Below, in pieces: positions 8,883 through 18,305 of a DNA stretch of 46,356 nucleotides. Every line of letters starts with the position of its first letter. The first letter of the stretch is position 1. Made by a program: the position numbers and the translations under genes. The notes below the pieces were generated by a model. The model did not search any database, had not been told where the DNA came from, and saw only the letters and a list, made by a program, of their open reading frames with translations. The stretch is from a virus (Duplodnaviria > Caudoviricetes). Where the stretch lies: positions 1-46,356 of IMG/VR virus record IMGVR_UViG_3300037515_000063; one strand, written 5' to 3'.

Positions 8883-9177
8883 ACATGTCAGGGTACTTTG
8901 GTGAGGCCGGTGCCAGGTCCACGTCAGACGTGGCCGGGTCGGGGCGCTCAGCGGCGCGGCGGGCGTCTCCGTCAGCAATCTCTTCGTCCCTCCATTGCAG
9001 CAGAAAGTCCACTGTTGCACGCATTCCCGCGCTGAATGCTAGGCTTAGTCGATTGGTCTCGTCCCCCATGAGACTGAAGCCTACGGGTGTGGTGGGTAGC
9101 TTAGGCAGCTGCGTCTCCCGGTCTAGATAGTCGATCAGATCGTAAGCTCGGCGAGGAATCTTGTCCTCTTTAACCAT
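8812..9177 (-). CDS. Hypothetical protein
   Basis: 121 aa with a GAGAGGGA RBS; first gene of the structural block. Confidence 0.7.
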   Translation of the reverse strand: MVKEDKIPRRAYDLIDYLDRETQLPKLPTTPVGFSLMGDETNRLSLAFSAGMRATVDFLLQWRDEEIADGDARRAAERPDPATSDVDLAPASPKYPDMYDGSGGLREPLSPRGVSLVVDKG

Positions 9178-9199
9178 TGCGGTTCCCTCTCAGACGGTT

Positions 9200-9424
9200 C
9201 TATGCCCATAGGGTCATAGCGGGGGGTGATGTGAGGCCCTCCCGGACGGTCTTAACGAGGACCGCCAGAGACAGCCACACGCCTACGTAGAAAACGGTGA
9301 TTACCCAATTGTCCTTCCGGGAGTCGTTGATCGCGAGGATGACGGGAAACACGAGCATAAACCCAACCAACCACAAGAGGACCTGGGAGAACATAGGACC
9401 GACCTCGATCACAGGGGCCAGCAT
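9200..9424 (-). CDS. Small membrane protein with two TM segments
   Basis: Two hydrophobic stretches; GGAG RBS before ATG 9424. Confidence 0.6.
   Translation of the reverse strand: MLAPVIEVGPMFSQVLLWLVGFMLVFPVILAINDSRKDNWVITVFYVGVWLSLAVLVKTVREGLTSPPAMTLWA
9205..9227 (-). promoter_or_regulatory. Possible degenerate phage-RNAP promoter ahead of the structural genes
   Basis: accccccgctatgaccctatggg shares the 3' GACCCTATGGG with the 23-bp motif (about 16/23 positions). Confidence 0.4.
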
Positions 9425-9503
9425 CAGGCGTGCTCCGAGACGGGCACCGGGCGCCACCGGGTAGGAGGACTGTCTTCCGTGATGTCTTGCCATCCGGTCA
9501 TGT

Positions 9504-9812
9504 CTAGGTATCCTCTCCAATGCATTTGATAGGTTGCCCGGCACGCAAGGGCGGCTGTGTACTAAAGCCACGCATACCTCGGTCACAATTATACACCCTA
9601 CAGGCGCGACCAGCGCATACAACTACGTAATGCCCGTCCGCGGAGGCGCGGATCGCTAGAACAGAGACGGCTGAGACTTCGGCCAAAGGGTTGGCTTCCC
9701 ACCCCTCTCCCGAGATGACAACTTCAGACGGACTTATCCGGGTAAGTACCCAGTCCCATAGAACTGTAGTCACGTGTGCCGATCCCACTTTTGTATCAAC
9801 TGTTATGGCCAT
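9504..9812 (-). CDS. Hypothetical protein
   Basis: AGGAG RBS before ATG 9812 (MAITVD). Confidence 0.55.
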   Translation of the reverse strand: MAITVDTKVGSAHVTTVLWDWVLTRISPSEVVISGEGWEANPLAEVSAVSVLAIRASADGHYVVVCAGRACRVYNCDRGMRGFSTQPPLRAGQPIKCIGEDT

Positions 9813-9822
9813 TATGTAACTC

Positions 9823-10224
9823 CTAAGATAGCGAGGCCCCGACCCAGTGGCGGAAGGGGCCACGCATCAGCTCTACCTGGGCCTCCGTAGGCCGTGTGAC
9901 ACCGGGGGAAGCGTCCCGGTTCCGTAAGTATACCTCAAGAACAGCCAGCGCTTTCCAGGCAATCTGTGCCTTATGGAGGACCCCCCCGTCCGCCTCGTTG
10001 ACCTCCCCGTCGATCAGCTGGTCAAGCGTGTGACGAGCGTGGGCGTCTTGGAGGTCCGCTAGGGGAACGTCCAGCCACCCCTTAGCGTCCAAGGGCTGTT
10101 GGTGTTTGTCCTTGCCATACGCGGAGACCTTCGCTACTTCGCGCAGGGCGTTCGGGAAGTATGCAAAGACGCCCTGGAATACGGGGGGTTTGCCGGTGTT
10201 TTGCTTCTTGGTCTGGTCTGTCAT
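9823..10224 (-). CDS. dATP/dGTP diphosphohydrolase-like protein (DUF5664-type)
   Basis: GKPP...ALREVAKVSAYGKDK...W...AHARH...DGGVLHKAQIAWKAL pattern. Confidence 0.8.
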   Translation of the reverse strand: MTDQTKKQNTGKPPVFQGVFAYFPNALREVAKVSAYGKDKHQQPLDAKGWLDVPLADLQDAHARHTLDQLIDGEVNEADGGVLHKAQIAWKALAVLEVYLRNRDASPGVTRPTEAQVELMRGPFRHWVGASLS

Positions 10225-10234
10225 CAGCGGTCTC

Positions 10235-10982
10235 CTAGGGGTGGGCACAGCAGAACTGCGCGGGTTTGCCTATCACACGGGCCAGCTGTGTGTGCATGGT
10301 TATAAACTGGCGGTACGCCTGGGTCTGGTCTACGGGCGTCAAGGTTGTTCTGCGAGCATCAGGAAGGGCAGCCCACGCTGGCGTCCACATCTGTCCCTCG
10401 ACTAACAAATCCCGTCTCTCGGTAGCGAGTGCGATCAGGTCGTACTGCTTAATCAATTTCCGCTCCTCGTCCGTCAGTGTGATCCTCAGGGCCTTATTCA
10501 CAGCCTCATTGACGGCGTGCATGAATTAGGAAAACTCAAGACTTCTTTAGTTTTTCACCCAAATGGGCAATGGGCGACGAAAAACTAAAGAAGTCTTGAG
10601 TTTTCCTTATTCACAGCCTCATTGACGGCGTGCATGAACGGCTTCAGAGCCGGGACAGCGTACTTGACCTGCGTAATGATGTCTCCATAGTACGCCTCAG
10701 CGCTGTCGTGATGAAGGGCCGCGTAGACGAGGTAGAGGGCGTGCCCATCCTCAGCCATCCAGCGGGCCACAGTAAAGGCGTGCTGCGCCACGGAATACAG
10801 GGGGTACTCGGGGCGCAGATGGCCGTTGTACCGGCATAACCGGGACAGGGCCTGTGCGATGTCGCCCACGTCGACCTCTTCCGGACGCGGGTCAGTCAGG
10901 TAGAAGGCCCCCCGCTGGCTGTCTGCTGCCAAGGACCGCGAGAGGATGAGCTAACGCCCTCAGCGTTTTTCGATACCAACAT
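10235..10982 (-). pseudogene. HD-domain 5'-deoxynucleotidase-like gene broken by a G6 frameshift and a 113-bp insertion/duplication
   Basis: Fragments read WQQTASGG | AFYLTDPRPEEVDVGDIAQALSRLCRYNGH...YSVAQH...ALHHDSAEAYYGD...MHAVNEAVNK | ...IKQYDLIALATERRDL. Confidence 0.85.
10492..10638. mobile_element. MITE-like hairpin insertion with long flanking direct repeats
   Basis: Perfect 29-bp inverted repeat at 10528-10556 / 10579-10607. Perfect 34-bp direct repeat at 10492-10525 / 10605-10638. Confidence 0.7.
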
Positions 10983-11871
10983 CGATTTGTCCTTCCTTGA
11001 GGGGGATGGCGAGAACTGTGTGCTTCCCACACAGAGTCCCGTGCGGGGTCCGTAGGTTGACGTTGAGCTGGTGGGGTGAGAACGTCGCGTCCCCGTCCAC
11101 CAGAAGCCGGGCACAATATAGGTTCATACAGGCCTCGGCGTGTGGTGAGGACGTCATGAACTTTTCGCGGATCTTCCCTGCCGCGAACTGCTGCTGGTAA
11201 ACCGAAAGGACTGTGTGCCAATACTCCGCATCACTCGACCCGTACAGACCCTCCAACAACTTCGTCCCCTTGACCTTCCCAATCCCGGGAGCCCCTTTGA
11301 AATTGTCCGTCATGTCCCCTATGAGCGCCTGTAGCCACATGTTATGGCGACCCTCCCGGACGGAGGTCATACTGGACTTACACAGCTCCAGCGTCTCCCC
11401 CGGGACCACATGATACCCGGGGATCTGGAGGAGGTCTTTGTCTATGGAGACCACCACGGTCTTGGGATCACTGGTATGATGGGGTCGGGTGACGAACATT
11501 GATATGACGTCGTCAGCCTCCAGACCTCCCCGGCGCACCGCGGGGTACTTCTCAAGGAGGTAGTCACGAGCCATGACCACCGTCTCCGGGGTCGGCGGGC
11601 GGTTAGCCTTGTACTCCGGATGCAGCAGGTGTCGGAAGGTCTTACCCGGTCCTGAGAGCACCAGTGTTACGGTATCCTCGTGAGACACCGCGCCTGCCCC
11701 CGCCGCCCATAGGGCAATCTTGTCATCCACGATGGTCTTGATGGTCTCAAGGTTGACGACGTCCGTAGGTTCTTCGTCGGTACTGTAGCGCACTGCCTTG
11801 GTGGTCCCGCCCCAGGCTGCCTGGTACAGCAGCGAGTCGGCGTCAAGCAGCGCATGGACAGGGTGGCGCAT
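10960..11871 (-). CDS. 5'-3' exonuclease (T7 gp6-like)
   Basis: LLDAD, FRH...YKANR, LEADDV, SIDKDLLQIPG and GDMTDNFKGAPGIG motifs. Confidence 0.95.
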   Translation of the reverse strand: MRHPVHALLDADSLLYQAAWGGTTKAVRYSTDEEPTDVVNLETIKTIVDDKIALWAAGAGAVSHEDTVTLVLSGPGKTFRHLLHPEYKANRPPTPETVVMARDYLLEKYPAVRRGGLEADDVISMFVTRPHHTSDPKTVVVSIDKDLLQIPGYHVVPGETLELCKSSMTSVREGRHNMWLQALIGDMTDNFKGAPGIGKVKGTKLLEGLYGSSDAEYWHTVLSVYQQQFAAGKIREKFMTSSPHAEACMNLYCARLLVDGDATFSPHQLNVNLRTPHGTLCGKHTVLAIPLKEGQIDVGIEKR

Positions 11872-12329
11872 TAGATGGTGTCTCCAGGGATGCTGAAGGC
11901 CTCCTCTAACGGGGTGGCTACTACCACCCAGACCCCTTCGAACCTAGCGTCCGTATAGACCCCGTCTACGATCATACTGACCGTGACCTCCCGGACCATC
12001 ATCGGAGGCAGACCGTCAAGGACCGCGCGGTCTCCGGCACGAAGAACTTCATGGACATGATAGCTGGAGTCCCTCGGAATAGGAGCACAGACCCCGGTAA
12101 TAAACTTCTCGTCAAACACCTTGATGGCGTTATGCTGCGACAGGAAGCGCATGGCTTGAAAGACAGCCAAGGCGTCCTGTTCCGTGGAGCACGCGATACC
12201 GCCCGACATTACCAGCGGGGGCTGCTCTGCCCCCTTCGCGGACATACTGAGCGCAACGACCCCAGCGAGGCCGACGATCACCCCAAGAGCAAATAGCATA
12301 GTACGCGCTGTGGTTCTAATATGTTCCAT
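11871..12329 (-). CDS. Hypothetical exported/membrane-anchored protein
   Basis: AGGAGA RBS before ATG 12329; N-terminal hydrophobic helix ending in SAKG/A. Confidence 0.65.
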   Translation of the reverse strand: MEHIRTTARTMLFALGVIVGLAGVVALSMSAKGAEQPPLVMSGGIACSTEQDALAVFQAMRFLSQHNAIKVFDEKFITGVCAPIPRDSSYHVHEVLRAGDRAVLDGLPPMMVREVTVSMIVDGVYTDARFEGVWVVVATPLEEAFSIPGDTI

Positions 12330-12363
12330 CACGGTTCTCCTAACTGTCCCAAGTGGGACACTG

Positions 12364-14244
12364 TTAATGGGTTTCAGCCCAGTTGTCTCCGGCCTTAAAG
12401 GTGCCGTGGATTGGACAGCGAAAGCCAAGATCTATGGCAGCTTGTGTAATACAGTCGGAGACTATCTGTCCGACCTGATCTTCCAGCCCGGGGCGGACCT
12501 CGAACTGTAGTTCGTCGTGGACCCACATCACGCAGGCCACATCAAAGTCGTCACGGCCTGCCCACCGCTTCTTAGGTCCGTAGTCAGGGACACAGATACG
12601 CATCCCAGCAGCCTCCAGCGCAGCAGGCACCAGCACCATCGCCTTCTTGACAATGAGAATACCAGCAGACTGGATCAGCAGATTGAGGGCGGCATGCTCA
12701 CTGCGGACCTGAAGGATGCCCCCGTCCAGTGCCTTCAGCCAGCCCTGCTTTGACCGGGCCTTGACGTCTGCAATCAGAGACGACACCCCCTGGATGCGGT
12801 CCTGTAGTGTCTTGCGCATACGCGCCCCGATGACCGCGAGGTCCTTTGTAGGAGGGATACCTAACGGCCCGAAGTTCGCGGGCTTCCCCGCAAGGGCCGC
12901 ATCTTGCATAAAGATCAAGCCCAGCTTTAGATCTCCCGCCCCATACAGCCACCCGTATTCACCGCGCTTGACTTGGTCCCGACTGTAGAACCCCCAGAGG
13001 TGCTGGACTTCCGTGTGGATGTCCCCCTCAAGCAGGGTTTCCATGTACGCCCCGTTGTCATACGGGACCATGTAATGCGCAAGGCCCCGAAGTTCGAGCC
13101 CAGCGGCGTCCACGCCCACCATACGCCAGCCCGGGGTAGCCACCCAACACTGCCGCATCCGGAGGTCTTTCTTATTGACCTGCTGGACATTCGGGGAGGA
13201 GCACGAGGGACGGCGGGTGATGGCCCCGATTGGGTTGAGTCCCGCATGAACGCGCCCGGAAGGGCGTACGTGGTGCAGCCAGCCGCCCCCGCTCCCGTCT
13301 TTCTTAATCGGGGAGTTGAGCTGGCCAATCTTCTTATCGACCGTGAAATACTCTTTCAGGGGTGCAGCCTCGGGGTACGGCAGGTCTTCTAAGACGTCGG
13401 CGTTGATCTTGGGACTGCCCATGTCTGTGAATTCAGTAGGACGCCATCCGTACTTGGTGATCAGACGCTCTGCCACCTGCTGCCGCGAGCCTGGGTTGAA
13501 CTCCTGAAGCTCGACGGGGCAGAACTCAACGCCCGGGTCCAGCATCCCCCGCAGCGGGTGGTTCTTATTGATGATCTTCAATTCCTTGACCGGCTTCCCT
13601 GGCTGGGGCGACACAAAGATCGGCGGGAATAGCTTCTTGAGGGCAGCCGTGCACTGCTCGTTCTCCTCCAGGAACTCACTGAGGAGGTTCTGGGCGCACT
13701 CAACATCTAGCGCCATGCCCCGATGGACGATCTGCGCTGTCTCCCACGCACACCCATGCTCCAAGGCGACCGCCGTCGGCTGTGTGTCCAGCATGTGCTT
13801 CAAGGCGTCCCAGACGCGCAGGGTGATCGTCACGTCAGAGTTGCAGCGGTCAATCAGCCCCGGCGACCACACCTTCCAGTCCAGATCCGGCAGCTTATGG
13901 ACACCAACTCGGTGCCCCCAGCTCGCCAGTGAGTGTGCCTTGATACCGGTGCGCACGGGGTTGTCCAGCTTCGAGAGGACCAGCGTGTCGATCACCTTGG
14001 TCCAGTCCAGGGTCTCACCAAGAACCGCCTTGATCGCCAGTAGATCATACCCTAGTCCGTGATGCCAGATGGTACGGTCTGCCGCTTTCAGCCGGGCGAT
14101 GGCCACCTCCAGGCCCCCCGCTGGCCCCCCTTCGTAATAAGCGGTAACGACGCGGTCTTCTACGTCAGCGATACTACACACCCAGATCTTCTCAATGGTG
14201 TCCAGTAGGCCGTCCCCTTCGAGGTCAGCGGCGAGCGTTACCAT
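12364..14244 (-). CDS. polA: DNA polymerase, family A (T7 gp5-like), with 3'-5' exonuclease
   Basis: Exo DLE and GLGYD; motif A DAAGLELR; motif B RDQVKRGEYGWLYG; motif C VHDE. Confidence 0.97.
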   Translation of the reverse strand: MVTLAADLEGDGLLDTIEKIWVCSIADVEDRVVTAYYEGGPAGGLEVAIARLKAADRTIWHHGLGYDLLAIKAVLGETLDWTKVIDTLVLSKLDNPVRTGIKAHSLASWGHRVGVHKLPDLDWKVWSPGLIDRCNSDVTITLRVWDALKHMLDTQPTAVALEHGCAWETAQIVHRGMALDVECAQNLLSEFLEENEQCTAALKKLFPPIFVSPQPGKPVKELKIINKNHPLRGMLDPGVEFCPVELQEFNPGSRQQVAERLITKYGWRPTEFTDMGSPKINADVLEDLPYPEAAPLKEYFTVDKKIGQLNSPIKKDGSGGGWLHHVRPSGRVHAGLNPIGAITRRPSCSSPNVQQVNKKDLRMRQCWVATPGWRMVGVDAAGLELRGLAHYMVPYDNGAYMETLLEGDIHTEVQHLWGFYSRDQVKRGEYGWLYGAGDLKLGLIFMQDAALAGKPANFGPLGIPPTKDLAVIGARMRKTLQDRIQGVSSLIADVKARSKQGWLKALDGGILQVRSEHAALNLLIQSAGILIVKKAMVLVPAALEAAGMRICVPDYGPKKRWAGRDDFDVACVMWVHDELQFEVRPGLEDQVGQIVSDCITQAAIDLGFRCPIHGTFKAGDNWAETH

Positions 14245-14255
14245 AGGTGTATCCT

Positions 14256-15374
14256 TTATCCAAACATGTCTACGTTGACGGTCGTCCGCAGGACCTCTCC
14301 CAGATCTTGGTGATATGTAATCCCTTTGAGGTCACGGTAGGAGCGGTAGCCCGCGTTAGCTGCGTAGGCGTCCAGCGGCGGCATGACGCGAATGCTCTCA
14401 CATTTGGCGCCGGGGTAGTCCTTGGCCTGATCGTGGTGCACGTGACCAGTCCACCAGAACCGGTAGACAGTCTCACCCCAGTGGAGCGGCTGGTCGTGCG
14501 CCATCAGGAGGGGCAAGCTGGCCATCTTGGTTGTATGTCCGTGCGTCGTCCCGATCAGTACCTTGCCAAAGCGGTAGTAATGGAAGTACGACGGTGACGT
14601 ATCCACGGAGACACGCGGCTCTTTCTCGTACAACAGGTTAAAGGCGGCGCGTAGCCACGTGGTTGTCACGGGATCATGATTGCCTAGCTCAATCATCAGG
14701 TGAACGTGCGCGTGCTTCAGCAGCGCTAGGTTGACCGCGTACCGAATAAGCTCCAACGCCGCCGTGACCATCTTAGGGAACCGGGTGTCCGTGTCCAGCC
14801 CGTGCTTGCTGGTCGGCGTCTCCGCCCGGTAGCCATCAAAGTGGAGGAAGTCCCCCATGGGAGCAATGACAACCGTGTGGGCATCTGGTAACGACCCGAT
14901 CATCTGGGCCATCGTCTTCTGATAGATGCTCTGACCAATCGCCATGTCCCAGTCGGCGTCGTTGGTCTCTTTAGCCCACGCCAGCATCCCCAGATGCAGG
15001 TCCCCAATCGGCACGAAGTTCAGGAGCTTAGGGGTCAGTGAGGTGAGCGGGGGCGGGACCGCCTTGACTGGGCGAATGGCCTTGGACAGCGCTCGTTCAT
15101 AAGCCGCTAGGGTGGTCTCCAGAGCCTCAGTCTGCCGGGTGGTCGACACCCAGAACGGCTTCATGTTCCCGTCTGCGTCAGCCTTATACGTCACCTTGGA
15201 CGCAGTAAGGCCGACGATGTTGTCCGACAGCTCGGTGATCACGGCAGCGTTAGCCTTCACCAGCCGCCGCCGGACCCAACTGATCGGCTTACCCATGGAG
15301 TTGGCGACTGCGGTTAGGGTCCCTGCCTCCGCGTAGGCCGCCTCCACGTCTATAATTTCTTGTTCATCAATCAC
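14256..15374 (-). CDS. Calcineurin-like metallophosphoesterase with N-terminal HTH-like segment
   Basis: GDLHLG, GDFLH, GNHD, HGH and GHVHH motifs. Confidence 0.88.
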   Translation of the reverse strand: MIDEQEIIDVEAAYAEAGTLTAVANSMGKPISWVRRRLVKANAAVITELSDNIVGLTASKVTYKADADGNMKPFWVSTTRQTEALETTLAAYERALSKAIRPVKAVPPPLTSLTPKLLNFVPIGDLHLGMLAWAKETNDADWDMAIGQSIYQKTMAQMIGSLPDAHTVVIAPMGDFLHFDGYRAETPTSKHGLDTDTRFPKMVTAALELIRYAVNLALLKHAHVHLMIELGNHDPVTTTWLRAAFNLLYEKEPRVSVDTSPSYFHYYRFGKVLIGTTHGHTTKMASLPLLMAHDQPLHWGETVYRFWWTGHVHHDQAKDYPGAKCESIRVMPPLDAYAANAGYRSYRDLKGITYHQDLGEVLRTTVNVDMFG

Positions 15375-15376
15375 TA

Positions 15377-16987
15377 TTAAAAGTCCTCGTTGGGTATGGT
15401 TGTAGCCGGGATATGGGGGGACCGAAGGGACAGGCGTCCGGTCTCAATACTGTATGACAGCTGGTCGGCGAGTCCCGTCTCCCCAGTGTACCTGTTCTTG
15501 AGAATACGCAGGAGCGTGGTGTTCTTGTCCAGTTCGTCTTCTGCCTGCTGATTGCGCTCGGCAGCTATGACGACGTCACTCAGTTGGGCGATGGCCTGTG
15601 TTCCCCTGAGGTCCGCGAGTGTCACTTGTCCCCCTTCTTCATGGGCCTTAACGCCACCCGTCCGCTTCAGGTGACTGACGATGTGTGTATCAACCATCGT
15701 CTCCTGCGTCAACGAGCGAATCTGTGTAACCAGCCGGTCCAAGGTCCGCCGTTCGTCCGTCGCAAGCTCGTTCCCAGACACCGCAATCGAGATGTGATCC
15801 AGCGCAATCACGTCACACTCACACGCCTTGACCATGTACCGCAAGCGCGCCATGAGAACCTCGGAGTCCACGGAGCCGAAGTGCTCGTAGGCGTACAGTC
15901 GGTTGGTGCCCAAGGTGGCGTCAAACGCTTCGTCGAACTGGACGTCGGTGTACGCAACGTCTGGCAGGTGTATCGGAAGGTCCATGTGAATACCGACGAG
16001 GCGTTTGCCCGCGCGGTCCAGGCTCTCTTCAAGGTACATGACTCCCACCGTCTTACCTGAGTTGATGGCTGCGTCATAGAGCACCTCGCTAACGATGGCT
16101 GTCTTGCCGATGCCGGTGCCTGCACACCACGTCACCAGCTCCCCGCCCCGGTGCCCGTAGAGCTTCTTGTTCAGGAGGGGCCACGGGTAGGGAGTCCCCA
16201 TCACCGGTCGCGTCTTGATCCGGCTCTTCAGCTCGGCAAGATTAACGATCCCGTCCGGACGCCACGGCTTGGCCCCCCAGATCACGTCACGTAAGGCTTT
16301 GTACCCCGGCCCATGGACAACCAGGTCACTGGGGTCATTAGCGCCTCCAAAGTCCGCGATGTAGACCTTACCCGGAGTAAGCAACGAGCAGACCTTTTCA
16401 GTCGCCGACTGTCCCGCCTCGTCCTTATCAAAGGCCAGTACGACCTTCTCGTACCCCTCCAGCGCGTCCACCACACGGGCCAAGGAAGCGTAGGCAGACT
16501 GAGCCCCGTTCGGGACGGAAATCACAGGCCACGAGCCTCCCATGGCCTCACTGACAGTCAGGGCGTCGATCTCCCCCTCGGTGATCACCAGCATCTTCCC
16601 GCCGCCCCGCTGCTGCGGCCAGCCGAAGGGCAGCGCGTTGGTGGAGTCCCCGTAGACCACGAACTCTTTGTTAGCCGAGCGAACTTTCTGCCACTGCAAG
16701 GCCCCGTTCACGTCATAGTAAGGGGCCACCTGTCGCCCGTCGGCGCTGACCCCGTACCGAAACCGCTCGCAGGTTGCGCGGGAAATTTTACGCTTCGTCA
16801 GTTCGACGTAAGTAAGATCATGTAACAGAGGTAAGCTGGGGCTGCTCATAGGGGAACTCCTCTGTCCTGCGGGGGGGTGTCTCTCATTACAAGAGAAGCA
16901 GTGACCCCAGCCCTCATGGTTGATACTGTACGCGTCGGAACTCTTCCCGCATGGGCACGGCTGGTGGGTCTCATCCCACATAGGCAA
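15377..16987 (-). CDS. Primase-helicase (T7 gp4-like)
   Basis: Zn finger CPC..CFSC, TOPRIM ITEGEIDA and FDKD, Walker A GTGIGKT, DLRGTQAIAQLSD and KNRYTGETG. Confidence 0.97.
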   Translation of the reverse strand: MPMWDETHQPCPCGKSSDAYSINHEGWGHCFSCNERHPPAGQRSSPMSSPSLPLLHDLTYVELTKRKISRATCERFRYGVSADGRQVAPYYDVNGALQWQKVRSANKEFVVYGDSTNALPFGWPQQRGGGKMLVITEGEIDALTVSEAMGGSWPVISVPNGAQSAYASLARVVDALEGYEKVVLAFDKDEAGQSATEKVCSLLTPGKVYIADFGGANDPSDLVVHGPGYKALRDVIWGAKPWRPDGIVNLAELKSRIKTRPVMGTPYPWPLLNKKLYGHRGGELVTWCAGTGIGKTAIVSEVLYDAAINSGKTVGVMYLEESLDRAGKRLVGIHMDLPIHLPDVAYTDVQFDEAFDATLGTNRLYAYEHFGSVDSEVLMARLRYMVKACECDVIALDHISIAVSGNELATDERRTLDRLVTQIRSLTQETMVDTHIVSHLKRTGGVKAHEEGGQVTLADLRGTQAIAQLSDVVIAAERNQQAEDELDKNTTLLRILKNRYTGETGLADQLSYSIETGRLSLRSPHIPATTIPNEDF

Positions 16988-17058
16988 TCTCTGGGGGCTG
17001 GGGCGGGGTAGTGGGGTACGGGCTGGTCGTGGGCACCGTGGAGGTAGGCTGGCCTAGC

Positions 17059-17583
17059 TTATTCATCATCGGAGTCCTTCTCAAATGGGTGGCGGTACAT
17101 CTGCGGGAGTTGCATGAAATCGTGCGTCTCCGCCGGGTAGTCCGTGGGGGCGACCCACAGGCGAAGGTGGGGGGCTTCCCCCGCCCGGGCAAACCGCTTG
17201 ACCACCATGGCCTCTACGATCTGGTCGTCGTCCGCCCAGACCAACTGGCTTTTGGTGATCTCGTCGTAGACCGCCTTCTCGAAGTTATCAACGTCTCCAC
17301 GGGGCCACGCACGCTTCGTGGTCACAGGACGCGCCGCAACGATCTCAACCGCGGCCATCAAGGCCCCCGTGGGGAACAGGAGCTCCGTATTCCCCGCCCC
17401 CCTCCCCGACAAGGTCTCCGCCATCAGTCGCCTGACCTCAGTCATCCATGCGCTGTAGGTCTTGCCATAGTACACCCCGAACCGCGTAACCCGGGGGCGG
17501 CTGGCGGGTACAGGGGGAGCGGGGATCACAATGGACACCCCCGCCCCTTCACTTCGGATCGTGAGCTGCTTAGAAGTCACCAT
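17059..17583 (-). CDS. rusA: RusA-like Holliday junction resolvase
   Basis: PVPASRPR, GDVDNFEKAVYD and VWADDDQIV motifs. Occupies the position of T7 endonuclease I. Confidence 0.85.
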   Translation of the reverse strand: MVTSKQLTIRSEGAGVSIVIPAPPVPASRPRVTRFGVYYGKTYSAWMTEVRRLMAETLSGRGAGNTELLFPTGALMAAVEIVAARPVTTKRAWPRGDVDNFEKAVYDEITKSQLVWADDDQIVEAMVVKRFARAGEAPHLRLWVAPTDYPAETHDFMQLPQMYRHPFEKDSDDE

Positions 17584-18265
17584 TGAAGCTCGCCTGACTG
17601 ACCAGCGCTCCCTTAGCAGCGAAGTCGGCATCCCCGGCGTCCGCAGGTGTCCCTACTGGGACACTCGCCCCCACGGCTGCGGCGGATGCCGACAAGGCAG
17701 GCGTGTGGCTGCTACCTGCGGACGCCGGGGCCACGTAGCCGCCGTCTTCCACCGGGATCTCGGTGGCGTTCTTCTTGATCAGCATGACCTCATTGAGGTA
17801 CAGGGTGAACCCGGTGTCTGCCGCAGTCTGCCAGACGGCTGGGCCGAGGAGAACGCGGACCACGTCCCCGCTCCAAATGCCTACCGACAAGGGGAGCTGG
17901 TTGCGCTGACTGTCCACACGGGAAGGCATGGACTTGGTCTTGGCAATAACAGTATAGTAGCCCGCCATCCCATCGTAAGGGGTGCCGTCCTTCGTCACCA
18001 GCGTATCCCCGTCTTTGATCGGGTTGTGTGTAGGGTCAGCGTCGAACTCTTTGAAGCCGTCACTGATCAGCTTCAGGATTTCCCGGAGGGTAGCGGACTG
18101 GCCCCCGATGATCCCGGTCAGCGTATCCAGCTGGTCCTTAGGGGCCTTGACTGTGATCTTGTACTTGGCTTTGTCGGCTCCAAACTTGTCGTCTGGTTTC
18201 TCACAATGCGCAAAGGCACAGACGAGAGGCGGCATAACGATGTACGGGAATGTCTTCTTAGCCAT
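17570..18265 (-). CDS. ssDNA-binding protein (T7 gp2.5-like)
   Basis: AFAHCEKPDDKFG...KYKI, LYLNEVMLI and an acidic C-terminus ending in F. GGAG RBS before ATG 18265. Confidence 0.8.
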   Translation of the reverse strand: MAKKTFPYIVMPPLVCAFAHCEKPDDKFGADKAKYKITVKAPKDQLDTLTGIIGGQSATLREILKLISDGFKEFDADPTHNPIKDGDTLVTKDGTPYDGMAGYYTVIAKTKSMPSRVDSQRNQLPLSVGIWSGDVVRVLLGPAVWQTAADTGFTLYLNEVMLIKKNATEIPVEDGGYVAPASAGSSHTPALSASAAAVGASVPVGTPADAGDADFAAKGALVSQASFNGDF

Positions 18266-18305
18266 TAATTTCTCCATTGATTTAGAAGAACCCAAGATGG
18301 TTCTC

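Noticed and set aside
10553-10574. Loop of the insertion resembles the phage promoter (cacccaaat...atggg)
   Set aside because: It is 2 nt shorter and lacks the GACC core, so it may be coincidence.
10492-10638. CRISPR mini-array
   Set aside because: Only two direct repeats, which are coding sequence of the interrupted gene. The intervening DNA is a hairpin and no cas genes are present.
9823-10982. Z-genome (2-aminoadenine) pathway
   Set aside because: No PurZ/adenylosuccinate-synthetase-like ORF is present and the HD gene is broken.
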